A stretch of DNA of 64,000 nt from Patescibacteria group bacterium (GTDB lineage: Bacteria; Patescibacteriota; Patescibacteriia; UBA9570), in contig JAJRVJ010000031.1 in NCBI GenBank assembly GCA_024277435.1, forward strand, positions 11-64,010. The letters run 5' to 3'. The notes under the pieces are model-generated. The model saw nothing but the letters and a program-made list of their open reading frames with translations. It was not told the origin of the DNA and made no database searches. Shown here one piece after another: positions 10,004-19,970 of this stretch. Both the position numbers and the translations under genes were made by a program. The first letter of the stretch is position 1. The number at the start of each line of letters is the position of its first letter.

Positions 10004-10282
10004 CTATTGTGTGCACACGTTACGTAGCATACCTTGCTTTGTAAGCCTATATTGATGATCTGTTTTGCGAGATCCTTTTTTCAAGATAATTTTAGCTTTA
10101 CTACCTTTTTTAGGGGTTTTGTATACAGAAATGTTCTTAAAGTTTTTGATCTTCTTAGACAGCACAATAGTCTTAAAATTTCTCTTCTTGAGATTGCCAT
10201 TTCTAGCTAATGTAAAGCTACGTAGTTTTAAACGCTTCTGTTTTGAACTATTCGCTTGTGACAGTACTACCTGTGTATGCAT
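10004..10282 (-). CDS. hypothetical highly basic small protein
   Basis: 92-aa K/R-rich ORF; competing + strand ORF 10065..10442; weak. Confidence 0.2.
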   Translation of the reverse strand: MHTQVVLSQANSSKQKRLKLRSFTLARNGNLKKRNFKTIVLSKKIKNFKNISVYKTPKKGSKAKIILKKGSRKTDHQYRLTKQGMLRNVCTQ

Positions 10283-10398
10283 TAAACGATCGAATACGGC
10301 TTTTATTTACAGCTACCAGTACATCACTACCACCCTATACTTGTTTTGTGATTGCTATATCCTCCACTACAGAAGAGATTGGCGTAACTTTCAAGCAG

Positions 10399-10635
10399 CT
10401 ATTGGCAAAGTGCTAATTTTTGTTGGCGTGATAACTTTTTAATTTCCGCCTCACGCTTTAATGCGTAACTTCTGTTGCGTTTTCGTTCTGTATACAATAT
10501 TTTCTTTGCTCCGTGTGCTCTTGCATACTTACTTCCAATACCTTCTTTGTGTTCTTGGAATCTTCGATCAACATCCCTTGCAATTCCAGTATACAGAGTA
10601 TTATCGTTGCATAATAATATATATACGTAATACAT
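10399..10635 (-). CDS. GIY-YIG nuclease family protein (UPF0213-like)
   Basis: YYVYILLCNDNTLYTG...RR..EH motif; start 2 bp after upstream gene stop. Confidence 0.75.
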   Translation of the reverse strand: MYYVYILLCNDNTLYTGIARDVDRRFQEHKEGIGSKYARAHGAKKILYTERKRNRSYALKREAEIKKLSRQQKLALCQ

Positions 10636-10637
10636 AA

Positions 10638-11879
10638 TTACCTACTTCCTTCAGCAGCAGAGGCGCCAGCTAAATTTCCGGTTGCCCAGGCGGCTTGTAA
10701 ATTAAATCCACCAGTAACACCGTCGATATTCATAATCTCTCCTGCAAAATATAATCCTGGACAGATTTTTGAACCCATGGTTCCAGAATCAATTTCATTC
10801 GTATCTACCCCTCCGGCTGTAACGAATTCACTACCCGATCCCCTGCCAATAATACGTACGGAACATTCCTTGAGCCATGATGTAATAGCTTTTCGCATAT
10901 CATTACTTACTGAAGCATTTACAATATCACTTGATATAGCACACTCCTTTAGCAATTCACTCAATACAGACTTTGGTAACCAGATGCGCAGTAAATTAAA
11001 CAGTAATTGCTTGGGTTGGTTACGGATTTTATCATCAAGTATTTTTCGTACATCTTGAATAGAACTATCTGGTACGAAATCAATATGCATTTCAAGAGGC
11101 GTATCTTTCGAGTATTGCTCAAATGCTATTTGTGCTGATAATGCAAATACCGCCGGACCGCTTATGCCTTTATGGGTAAATACAATAGGGCCCGTTGCAA
11201 CATACTTCTTGTTACTTGGAATACTCATCTTGATATGATCGAATGATACGCCGCTGAGTTCTTTTGGCCACTGCTCTTGTAGCAGAAAAGAATTCAAGCT
11301 TGCAGCTAAATCGGTTATTGAATGACCAAGTGCTTCCGCAAATTGATAGCCATCACCGGTAGAACCGGTATAGCGATAGGCTTGTCCGCCAGTAGTAAGA
11401 ATTAATGCATCAACATCTATGGACTTACCATCTTTTAATGTGAGTTGAAATTTCTTAGCCATCTTGTTAACACTAGTTACAGATTCTCCTTTACGTACAT
11501 CAACATTATGCTCTTCAAATATATTATCAAATACACCTACTACATCCTTACCGTTATTGGATTGTGGAAATACACGCATATCATCTTCTGTTTTTAATGG
11601 CACGCCATGATTTTTAAACCACTGATACACCTGTTCCGGGGGAAAGTTATACATAGCCGATGTTAAAAACTTACTGCCACGCATATACTTGGTAAGTACC
11701 GTGCGCACATCTTGCACTCCAGTTGTTACATTGCAACGTCCCCCACCAGAAATAATTACCTTACGTCCTAAGAGTGCATTCTTTTCAATTAATACAACTT
11801 TATGCCCTGGATACTGCTCTACAATTGTGGCCGCAGCCATCATTCCAGCTGCTCCAGCTCCGATAATTCCTATCTTCAT
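10638..11879 (-). CDS. HI0933/BaiN-family NAD(P)/FAD-dependent oxidoreductase
   Basis: IIGAGAAGMMAA dinucleotide motif plus GGGRCN signature. Confidence 0.75.
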   Translation of the reverse strand: MKIGIIGAGAAGMMAAATIVEQYPGHKVVLIEKNALLGRKVIISGGGRCNVTTGVQDVRTVLTKYMRGSKFLTSAMYNFPPEQVYQWFKNHGVPLKTEDDMRVFPQSNNGKDVVGVFDNIFEEHNVDVRKGESVTSVNKMAKKFQLTLKDGKSIDVDALILTTGGQAYRYTGSTGDGYQFAEALGHSITDLAASLNSFLLQEQWPKELSGVSFDHIKMSIPSNKKYVATGPIVFTHKGISGPAVFALSAQIAFEQYSKDTPLEMHIDFVPDSSIQDVRKILDDKIRNQPKQLLFNLLRIWLPKSVLSELLKECAISSDIVNASVSNDMRKAITSWLKECSVRIIGRGSGSEFVTAGGVDTNEIDSGTMGSKICPGLYFAGEIMNIDGVTGGFNLQAAWATGNLAGASAAEGSR

Positions 11880-11881
11880 AG

Positions 11882-12517
11882 CTATAAATTTCCTTTATGA
11901 TACTGCTCTATAAGTTTCGGATACACACTCGCGATAATTATACCTATTTGCATAAAGTACCAGAATAATGGCGTAGTCCACTGCGGTATATCCATATCTT
12001 GCCAGGCACTATATCCTCCAACAGAAATTACATAGATATAATATCCCCATGGTCCCACGATAAGTGTAAGTACAAACATCCGTAATAAAAATTCTTTTGC
12101 TCCTACCCCTCCAAGGGTGTTAATCATTTTAAATGCAAGGTACGTTACTCCGCCGCCCATAATTGCTGCCAACCCCACAATGTATGGGGCGGTTGTTGCA
12201 AATAGCACTGTTTGAATTGATACTTCACTACTTCCAAATATATGTGGCCATAATCCTGCAATTGAAATAATTACTGGAATGAATAGCGTACCAATAGTAC
12301 GTACCGTTTTTGGAAAATATTCGCGTACAAGAATACTAGCGTATACAGCAAAAATAGGAATGAAAAATACAATAAGGCCTAGATAATAGTACCCCCACAT
12401 TCGTTCCATGCCATGAATATACTGCTCACTAAAAAAACACAGCGCTACCAAGGGTAACACGATAGCAAATAGTGTATAGATAATTTGAGCTATTTTTCGC
12501 ATACTAGAGCTAATCAT
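11882..12517 (-). CDS. hypothetical multi-pass membrane protein
   Basis: 6 predicted hydrophobic helices. Confidence 0.45.
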   Translation of the reverse strand: MISSSMRKIAQIIYTLFAIVLPLVALCFFSEQYIHGMERMWGYYYLGLIVFFIPIFAVYASILVREYFPKTVRTIGTLFIPVIISIAGLWPHIFGSSEVSIQTVLFATTAPYIVGLAAIMGGGVTYLAFKMINTLGGVGAKEFLLRMFVLTLIVGPWGYYIYVISVGGYSAWQDMDIPQWTTPLFWYFMQIGIIIASVYPKLIEQYHKGNL

Positions 12518-12543
12518 AGCACACTCACCTTTCGTCCTGTAAA

Positions 12544-13116
12544 TTAGCGCTTGGCACGCTTTATCCTAGTATAGATATAAATAATAACCGCTGGCAGAAG
12601 AGCGCCAAGAACGTCCATAAGTAAATCATTGGCGGTATCAAAGCCATCACCTAAACGATTTGAGCCAAAAATGAGATCTTCTAAATACTCTTCGATTTCA
12701 TATACAACGCCAATAACAATCACTAAGCTTGCAATCATAAATGGCCACAAAGATTGCTTTAGTATATTTGGCCTAAATTGAGGAATGATATTAGCTAACA
12801 CACTTGTAATAACCGCTGGGACAATAAAGTGTAATACGGCATCATAATATCTAAATTGATCGTACCAAAATAGATAATCACCTATTGCATCTAAATACAC
12901 GGGAATAACGATGGATACAGGAATCCACCAAAATAACTTCTTTTTATGTTTACGGATATACCAATACATAATTTCAAATGCTAGCCACGTAACTGTACTC
13001 TGCAAGATTAATCCAAATATTGTGAAGGATGGCTGAACATCAGTAATAATGGTAGCTGATAAGATCTCTACGACCAATAATACAGCTAATGGTACCCTCC
13101 AAAGTAAAGTAAGCAT
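12544..13116 (-). CDS. hypothetical multi-pass membrane protein
   Basis: hydrophobic helices; C-terminal basic tail. Confidence 0.45.
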   Translation of the reverse strand: MLTLLWRVPLAVLLVVEILSATIITDVQPSFTIFGLILQSTVTWLAFEIMYWYIRKHKKKLFWWIPVSIVIPVYLDAIGDYLFWYDQFRYYDAVLHFIVPAVITSVLANIIPQFRPNILKQSLWPFMIASLVIVIGVVYEIEEYLEDLIFGSNRLGDGFDTANDLLMDVLGALLPAVIIYIYTRIKRAKR

Positions 13117-13119
13117 ATG

Positions 13120-13632
13120 TTACTTACTTTTAGTTGATTGTAATTTATTAATTTCTTTTTTTAGCTCGATCATCTTTAATTCTCGATCAACCATGGCTTC
13201 ATTCATTCTTTCTAACTCTTTAACCTTTGTCTTCAACTCTTTCTCAGCCTTAATTTGAGGGGTAATATTTGTAAAAAGAATTGCAATATATTTCTCATTC
13301 AAAGGAAGTACATCAACAATAAAATTACTATCTTTAATTTTTTCATCACCATATGAAAAATTTAAAATTCGCTTTGATTCTCCCGTTGCAACTGCTGCAG
13401 TAAATGTATCTGGCAGCGATGTTTCAGATATGTTAGGGAAGGTATCTTTAACCGCCCCCCCTACTATTGAACTCAAATCAACACCCACTGCTTCACTAGC
13501 AGCTTTATTAGCAAATACATTAATGCAATCAAGAACGTTAACCTTATTTTCTATTGACCAAATATATGCACCTATAGGAGATGTCTCAACGATCACCTTG
13601 AATACTTCTAATGGAATATGATTACCAAGCAT
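13120..13632 (-). CDS. PAS-like domain protein with C-terminal coiled coil
   Basis: PAS-like N-terminal fold pattern; K/E-rich heptad C-terminus. Confidence 0.4.
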   Translation of the reverse strand: MLGNHIPLEVFKVIVETSPIGAYIWSIENKVNVLDCINVFANKAASEAVGVDLSSIVGGAVKDTFPNISETSLPDTFTAAVATGESKRILNFSYGDEKIKDSNFIVDVLPLNEKYIAILFTNITPQIKAEKELKTKVKELERMNEAMVDRELKMIELKKEINKLQSTKSK

Positions 13633-13689
13633 GAATCTTAGTATAGCAGCATTGTATGAATTACAAAACTACAGCCATTTACCCTAGCT

Positions 13690-15768
13690 TTATAGGCCAG
13701 GCTCAGTTATACGTAGGCCTACATTGGAAACCGCTGATGGCATTACTGCTGGAATAGTTGCTACCACCTCAAAGGTTTGCGCATCATACACAAATACCTG
13801 ATCCGCTCCTTGCACTACCACGTACACATACTCGCCATTCAGTGTAAATTCAGGATGAAATGATGTAGCGCCTTCCACTGGAATAAGTGTTTCTACAATC
13901 TCTTGCTTTGCAGCATCAATTACGTAAATTTCATCAGCCCGCTCTCCAAACGCAGTATCCGCCCAAACATATGGATAATCTGGATTACCATCATAATGAC
14001 GTATGAACAAGCCTGGCCCACCTGTAGTAATGGTACTCTCAATTTCCCATGTTTCTATATTTACTACGGTAATCAAGCCCTCTCCTAATGCCGGAATAAA
14101 AGTATACTCACCCCAAGTGGCGCCTGGTCCGGTATGGGGTGTATCGCCAGTTTGTATTTCTTTCACTGGCTCAAGTGTTTCCATATCTAACACCCAGACT
14201 GTGTTCGACCCCTGAGATGCCACTAAAAAATATTTTGCATCTGGAGTAAGGTAACCATCATGCAAGGTAGTTTTATTATCTCCTATATTCGCAAATGTAT
14301 TAGTTACCGGGTAGCCTACCTGTTCCGTATCGATAGTCCATACACTATTAATATCTTTTAATGCAACGATAATACTATTTCCATAATCAACCAACGCACC
14401 AGCTCGTGACACCGTCTCTACGCCATTTATTTCACCAACAAGATCAATAGTTGCTAGCGTATCCAATGAATCCGCATCAAGCAACACTACATTACCCGGC
14501 TCATAGTTACCAACGGCTACAATGCGATCATTTACTGTAATGGCCGTTCCTCGTGAATTTATACCCACTCGAACCGTATTAACAACATCTAATGATGTGA
14601 GATCAATTTTAGTAAGCCATCCGTCGCGTGAAATAATATACATAAATACCGCATCTGATGAGAATACCGAGGTATGAGGTTGATATCCAACTTGTTGCAC
14701 CCGTCCAATTACTTCATTTGTAGAACCATCTATAAACAAAAGAGATTCTGCGCTTTTTTCTACAATAATCATTAACTCTTGCGCACTCCATGAGCCAGGT
14801 TCTACATAGAGCTCTGCCCATGGATTCAGCATCTCATGACTACCATCAACTTGCTTACTCACCTGCTCACCAGACTGATCACCCTCTTCTGTAGTATCTT
14901 CTAACTGACCAATATGATACTGCATCATTTTATCGCGAATCACTGGCCCATGATTAGCGTGATAGTTTTTACTCACATCTTCCGCGCAGTGAAATAAAGC
15001 CGGATGTATTATGGCTGGTTCTGTAACATCAAATACTAAATCATCAACAATTACCCAGCAATCTTCATTTATATTATGAGCATTAACCTCTTCCCATGTG
15101 TACACCTGTCCACGCTCTGCCAGCTGCGAAACCTCTAGTTGCTCTCCTATATACTGTTGATAACGAATCATTCCCACTAATACGAACGCAAGTGACGCCA
15201 CTAATAACACCCCTAAGCTCATTCGATCCTCCCTCTCCATGTAGCGTCGCATCATCACGAACGCTAATACAGCTCCAGTTGCTAATACTCCAAAATAATA
15301 ACCAATAATTAACCAGTAATTATACGTTGCTGGCAAAAGAACGCCTAAATAAATAATAGATAGCCAGGTTATAGAAGAAACTACCGTGCTTGAAAATAAA
15401 AGATACAGCTTAGGCTTTATGCGACTATTCCTTTTTTCTATATATCGGGCTTTTATCTCCGGAAATACATACACATGTAATACCACTCCATTTATAATTA
15501 ATATAGCCAGCAGTGTCATTTTCGCTAAATACGTTTCAGATTCTAACAGCGCTGTATTTAATAAAATCAAACCTATTCCCGCCACAACAGCGCACACAAG
15601 ACCAACGCGCACAAATATAGATAAGTGCTTTAACTGATCAATAACTTTTTTAGTTACCGATTGATTACGAAGATGATGTGCTAGTGTGACATCCGCAATA
15701 AGTGCAGCGCCAGCTCCTATAGCTATACTTATAATATGCATCACTAGAATGAGATCTCGAATAGTCAT
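13690..15768 (-). CDS. membrane-anchored protein with cytochrome-b5-like domain and YVTN-type beta-propeller
   Basis: N-terminal TM helices; DCWVIVDDLVFDVT..HP....H...H segment like cyt b5; C-terminal repeated ..V.V.D......V..I.. blades. Confidence 0.55.
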   Translation of the reverse strand: MTIRDLILVMHIISIAIGAGAALIADVTLAHHLRNQSVTKKVIDQLKHLSIFVRVGLVCAVVAGIGLILLNTALLESETYLAKMTLLAILIINGVVLHVYVFPEIKARYIEKRNSRIKPKLYLLFSSTVVSSITWLSIIYLGVLLPATYNYWLIIGYYFGVLATGAVLAFVMMRRYMEREDRMSLGVLLVASLAFVLVGMIRYQQYIGEQLEVSQLAERGQVYTWEEVNAHNINEDCWVIVDDLVFDVTEPAIIHPALFHCAEDVSKNYHANHGPVIRDKMMQYHIGQLEDTTEEGDQSGEQVSKQVDGSHEMLNPWAELYVEPGSWSAQELMIIVEKSAESLLFIDGSTNEVIGRVQQVGYQPHTSVFSSDAVFMYIISRDGWLTKIDLTSLDVVNTVRVGINSRGTAITVNDRIVAVGNYEPGNVVLLDADSLDTLATIDLVGEINGVETVSRAGALVDYGNSIIVALKDINSVWTIDTEQVGYPVTNTFANIGDNKTTLHDGYLTPDAKYFLVASQGSNTVWVLDMETLEPVKEIQTGDTPHTGPGATWGEYTFIPALGEGLITVVNIETWEIESTITTGGPGLFIRHYDGNPDYPYVWADTAFGERADEIYVIDAAKQEIVETLIPVEGATSFHPEFTLNGEYVYVVVQGADQVFVYDAQTFEVVATIPAVMPSAVSNVGLRITEPGL

Positions 15769-16001
15769 ATGTGAATATAATCAATAAATTGAACTAAGAG
15801 CCTCTCAAGCTTCACTATAGGAAATATACCATAATCATTTCTATTCTGGTAGGTTCACAGCATGATAGAGTTCATAAAAAAATGCAAGTATTTTCTGAAA
15901 ATATTCTAGTGATCGTTAACAAAAAATATGTAACCAAAAAAGTTATGCACATTTTTATTAGTTATTTGATAATGATAACCGATTTTAGACTCTACGTTTA
16001 A

Positions 16002-17124
16002 TTGTATGTTAGTATAAATATATCTATGCATATTTATAAAATGTACAAAATATCTCTATCTATCATTACTCTCGTCATTACTCTTGGCCTAATGATAGGA
16101 CATCAAGTTCATGCCAGAAATCAAGTTGACCCTAATAATGCCATTGGTTTTTTAGGTGGAAATTACAATAAGCAAAATTGGGAAGTGTTTACGTATTCTG
16201 GAGCAGGCTGGGTACGGCCACATCTCGGCCCAGCTCGGTGGGGTAAAATTCAAACGAAAAAAAATGGTAGGTATAATTGGAAAGCAATGGACAGAGTTGT
16301 GAAAAAGCATCAAAAAAAGGGTGCTAATCTCCTTATTACTATTTGGCCGTATGCAACCTGGGATCAAAAAAAACGAAAGAACGCAGAAACCTGTAAAGTT
16401 TCAGAGCAAGATGTATTTGCGGGCGAGCTATCACTGTATCGCTGTAATCCTAATGACTGGAAAGAATACCGCGCCTGGGTAATAGCTATGGTTGAACGTT
16501 ATGATGGTGATGGGGAAAAAAGACATGAAAGGTTTACGGTATGGGGTTAAGCATTGGGAAGTAATGAACGAACCCGATCTCACCCAAACTGATTCCGTAA
16601 CAACAGAAAAAAAGGATGGAGATGACAGTAATTCCAATACCTTAGACTTTTATGAACAAGGGCCCGATGCATATTTCACACTACTAAAAAAGACATCCAA
16701 GGCAATTCGGAAGGCAGATAAAGATGCTAAGGTCCTTATTGCCGGCGCAGCTGGAGGCAGTGATCAATTTCTCGATTTTTACGACGAACTATTCACAAAG
16801 CACCCGAAAGCCAGGGGATATTTTGATATCGGCAATGTACACTGTATTCAAAATGATTATTACAACAATTTTAATGTTGCTGCATACAACCGGCTATTAA
16901 AAAAACATGGCATGCGCAAACCGATATGGGTTACGGAAGCGGATGCATTTATTGGTGATACGCGAAAAGCAACCTACGCGCAAGTGTATAAAAGTACAAA
17001 AAAAGGCAAGGCGGCAGGTGGAGATAAATTCTTTTACACCGGCATGAACTTTGGAGACAAAACTAAAGGGTGGAGTTTCTCCAAGAAGAAGTTCAAACTC
17101 ATCGTTGATGATTTTGCGTACTAA
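16002..17124 (+). pseudogene. clan GH-A glycoside hydrolase (GH5/GH53-like), frameshifted at A6 homopolymer near 16513-16522
   Basis: signal peptide; HWEVMNEPD (acid/base NEP) and IWVTEAD (nucleophile TE) motifs; ORFs 16002..16550 and 16492..17124 join by a 1-nt shift in GGGGAAAAAAG. Confidence 0.55.
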
Positions 17125-17125
17125 T

Positions 17126-18583
17126 TTAGCTAAACCGCTTCTCTAAATCGAGTGTTTGGCTTATCTGTAATTGGTCTACAAATTCTTCATCATGGCTCAC
17201 CACAATTACCGCTCCCTCATAATTATTGAGCGCCTCAGCAATTACTGGTAAATGCCGGAAGTTTATGTGGTTGGTTGGCTCATCTAGAATAAGTAGCGCT
17301 GGTTGCTGCAATACAAATCGTGCATAGGATAACAATCCTTTCTGACCCTCTGATAATGAACCAATAGGATTTTGTAATAAATCACCAGTTAACAAGAATT
17401 GAGCAGCTGTTTCAAAAATAAGCTCACGATCACCTTCAAACTTAATATCTTCTAACGCTTGAAATGCAGTTTGTTCAAAATCCAATCCAGAAAAGTCCTG
17501 CCGATAATACCCTACGCGCACACCATCTTTAATAGTCATACCGGTATACGCTGCGGAAGCCAAGGCTTCTAACATAGTAGTTTTACCAATTCCATTAGGC
17601 CCGGTAATACGCAATATTTCTCCTTTACGTATTTCAATATCCACTTCCTTACTTACAGGCGCTCCATCTTTCATTACAGTAAGCTCATTTAAATGCGCAA
17701 CTGATCCGCTGAATTCTTGAACAGGAATAGTGAACGAGCGAATGGTTTTATCCTCTCTGCGTATATCAACCATATTTTCTTCGTCATCTGCAATTTCATC
17801 TTTTAACTTACTGGCTAAACGACGCATTTTTCCACCTTTGTGTGAAAATTGATTAACTTTAGCTTTACGATCGATGATATTCTTTTTCAACTGAGCATTC
17901 TGGCGTTGTTCACGTTCAATTTGGGCTTTTATTTCTTCTACCACAGAGTAGTAATCTCCCACGTATTGTTGCACTTGCTTTGTGAATACATCAAGATGCA
18001 ATACGCCATGCGTGAAGATATTTAGGAATGCCGCATCATGTGAAATAACAATAACCGTTTTTTCGTACCCTAATAAGAAGGTAATTAAATGATCAATTCC
18101 TTGCGTATCGAGATTATTGGTTGGCTCATCAAGCAACAAAATATCTGGTTCATTAATAATGGCGTAGGCTAATAACAAACGCGCTTGTTGGCCACCAGAT
18201 AAATCTTTCACAATCCACTCTGTTGGCACAGATAAATTCACTACTTCAAGTACACGTTTAATATCTCTATCAACATCGTATTTCTTTTCTGCAAAAGCTG
18301 TTTCAAAAAATGCCTTTACTGTTAAGTCCTGATACTTCTGTGGCATCACCTGTAAGGCAATTCCAATTGTTGCATCCTTAGGAATATTTACCGAACCTTT
18401 GTCGGGCTTGATATCACCGGTGATCATTTGAAAAATGGTAGATTTTCCAGCGCCATTTTGCCCCATGATGGTAATTTTGGCATTTTCGCGCACAGTAAAA
18501 TTTGCCTCTTTCAAAATAGGTTTTTTCTTACTGTATTCAAATGACACATCTTTAAAACTGATAATTACATCTCCATGATTCAT
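17126..18583 (-). CDS. ABC-F family ATPase (two tandem ABC domains, no TMD)
   Basis: two Walker A (GQNGAGKST, GPNGIGKTT), two LSGGQ signatures. Confidence 0.8.
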   Translation of the reverse strand: MNHGDVIISFKDVSFEYSKKKPILKEANFTVRENAKITIMGQNGAGKSTIFQMITGDIKPDKGSVNIPKDATIGIALQVMPQKYQDLTVKAFFETAFAEKKYDVDRDIKRVLEVVNLSVPTEWIVKDLSGGQQARLLLAYAIINEPDILLLDEPTNNLDTQGIDHLITFLLGYEKTVIVISHDAAFLNIFTHGVLHLDVFTKQVQQYVGDYYSVVEEIKAQIEREQRQNAQLKKNIIDRKAKVNQFSHKGGKMRRLASKLKDEIADDEENMVDIRREDKTIRSFTIPVQEFSGSVAHLNELTVMKDGAPVSKEVDIEIRKGEILRITGPNGIGKTTMLEALASAAYTGMTIKDGVRVGYYRQDFSGLDFEQTAFQALEDIKFEGDRELIFETAAQFLLTGDLLQNPIGSLSEGQKGLLSYARFVLQQPALLILDEPTNHINFRHLPVIAEALNNYEGAVIVVSHDEEFVDQLQISQTLDLEKRFS

Positions 18584-18689
18584 ACGTATCTCTACTTACT
18601 CTAATGATATAAAAACCCGGCACACGCCAGGCAACGACAGTAGTATACGCAATAACGAACACTTGGTCAAGAGTCGGTTAGTACAACTC

Positions 18690-19970
18690 TTAAAAATGCT
18701 TTTTTACAACCTGTTCAGCGTATTCCGAAGTTAATCCTACGGTACTGAAATTGAGCAATTCACCGGCATAATACGTATGCTGTGCTCCTTGCATGGATTC
18801 GAGAGTATCAAAATATCCTTCTTTCATAGTATCTGGAGTAACGTGAGGAAAATACTTCCAGTGCTCGATAGTATGTACTCTTGTAAGTGTACCACCCATT
18901 TTTTCTACAAGATCTGTTACGTTATCCACTACTTCATCATCAGACATTTTCCAATCACCTAATACGTAAAATGTATATACACCTGTGCCACTATGGCGAT
19001 GATACCAAAACACTGGATGTCCAGCGCGATCTGAAGAATAATTCGCAGGAACATAGCCACTTGTTTCTGGTAACCCCTGTACTGAGCACGCGATTGTTCG
19101 GTAATCTATATAAAGAATTTTTGAAAATAACTCTCGTTCTTGCGCAGTTGCATTCATGAATTCAATAGCTTCATCTAACGGTGAGGTGATAATTAATTTA
19201 TCAAACTGCAATTGTTCTGTATCTGTTGTTATCGTAACACCTTCATCTCTCTTAATGCTGTTAATGGTAACGTTATATCGAATATCGTGCTCTTTAGCAA
19301 CGGCCGTCCATAAATGTTGAATGCCATCAGGGAATGTATACAACTGCCGTTTAATAAAAGATTTTATTGTATCCCAAGAATAATATTTTAATACATAAGC
19401 TGCAGGAATGTCATTAAAGTATCCGTAGCCAAATCCTGTAAAAAATGCCGCTAGCTCATTCGCTAGTAATTCGATGTTATGTTGCTTTGCCCAATCCGAA
19501 AATGGAATACAGAGCTCTGGATCTACGTGTACTAAACCCGGTTTTGCTATATCCTTATGTTGACGCACTAACGTTCTGTACGTTAAAAGAACCTGTTTTA
19601 ACAAACTGCGTTTTTCTTCTAAGCGTTGTTTGGGGAATGGCTTTCCGTCGGCTGGATCAATTAATACCGTTCTACCAAATTCAACAGGCTTGATACGCAC
19701 ATTGTATTTCTTTGCTAATCGAAATACTGATTTATTATTTTTTGCAATAATCCCCGCTCCCAACTCATAGATACACCCTTCTATCTCAACAGAAGAACAT
19801 TTCCCTCCAGCCCGATCTGCTTTTTCAAGAATGGTGACATGTTGGTAACCTTTATGCTTTAGCGCTTCTGCAGCTGTAAGCCCAGCGGCACCAGCTCCAA
19901 TAATTACTACCCTTTGATTGATCGCTTGATCTTCCATAACATATTCTTTTTCAATATAGCTGAAGCGCAT
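18690..19970 (-). CDS. FAD-dependent oxidoreductase (amine-oxidase/protoporphyrinogen-oxidase-like)
   Basis: VVIIGAGAAGLTAA Rossmann motif. Confidence 0.55.
   Translation of the reverse strand: MRFSYIEKEYVMEDQAINQRVVIIGAGAAGLTAAEALKHKGYQHVTILEKADRAGGKCSSVEIEGCIYELGAGIIAKNNKSVFRLAKKYNVRIKPVEFGRTVLIDPADGKPFPKQRLEEKRSLLKQVLLTYRTLVRQHKDIAKPGLVHVDPELCIPFSDWAKQHNIELLANELAAFFTGFGYGYFNDIPAAYVLKYYSWDTIKSFIKRQLYTFPDGIQHLWTAVAKEHDIRYNVTINSIKRDEGVTITTDTEQLQFDKLIITSPLDEAIEFMNATAQERELFSKILYIDYRTIACSVQGLPETSGYVPANYSSDRAGHPVFWYHRHSGTGVYTFYVLGDWKMSDDEVVDNVTDLVEKMGGTLTRVHTIEHWKYFPHVTPDTMKEGYFDTLESMQGAQHTYYAGELLNFSTVGLTSEYAEQVVKKHF

Noticed and set aside
10065-10442. + strand 125-aa ORF between the helicase and the GIY-YIG gene
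   Set aside because: It is hydrophobic and low-complexity, overlaps the competing basic ORF 10004..10282 (itself kept only at 0.2) and runs antisense into the GIY-YIG gene at 10399..10635; neither ORF can be supported confidently.
18600-18690. Hairpin AAGAGT-N11-ACTCTT between ABC-F and the FAD oxidoreductase as a terminator
   Set aside because: The T/A-run lies on the wrong side for the minus-strand transcript; not a canonical intrinsic terminator.
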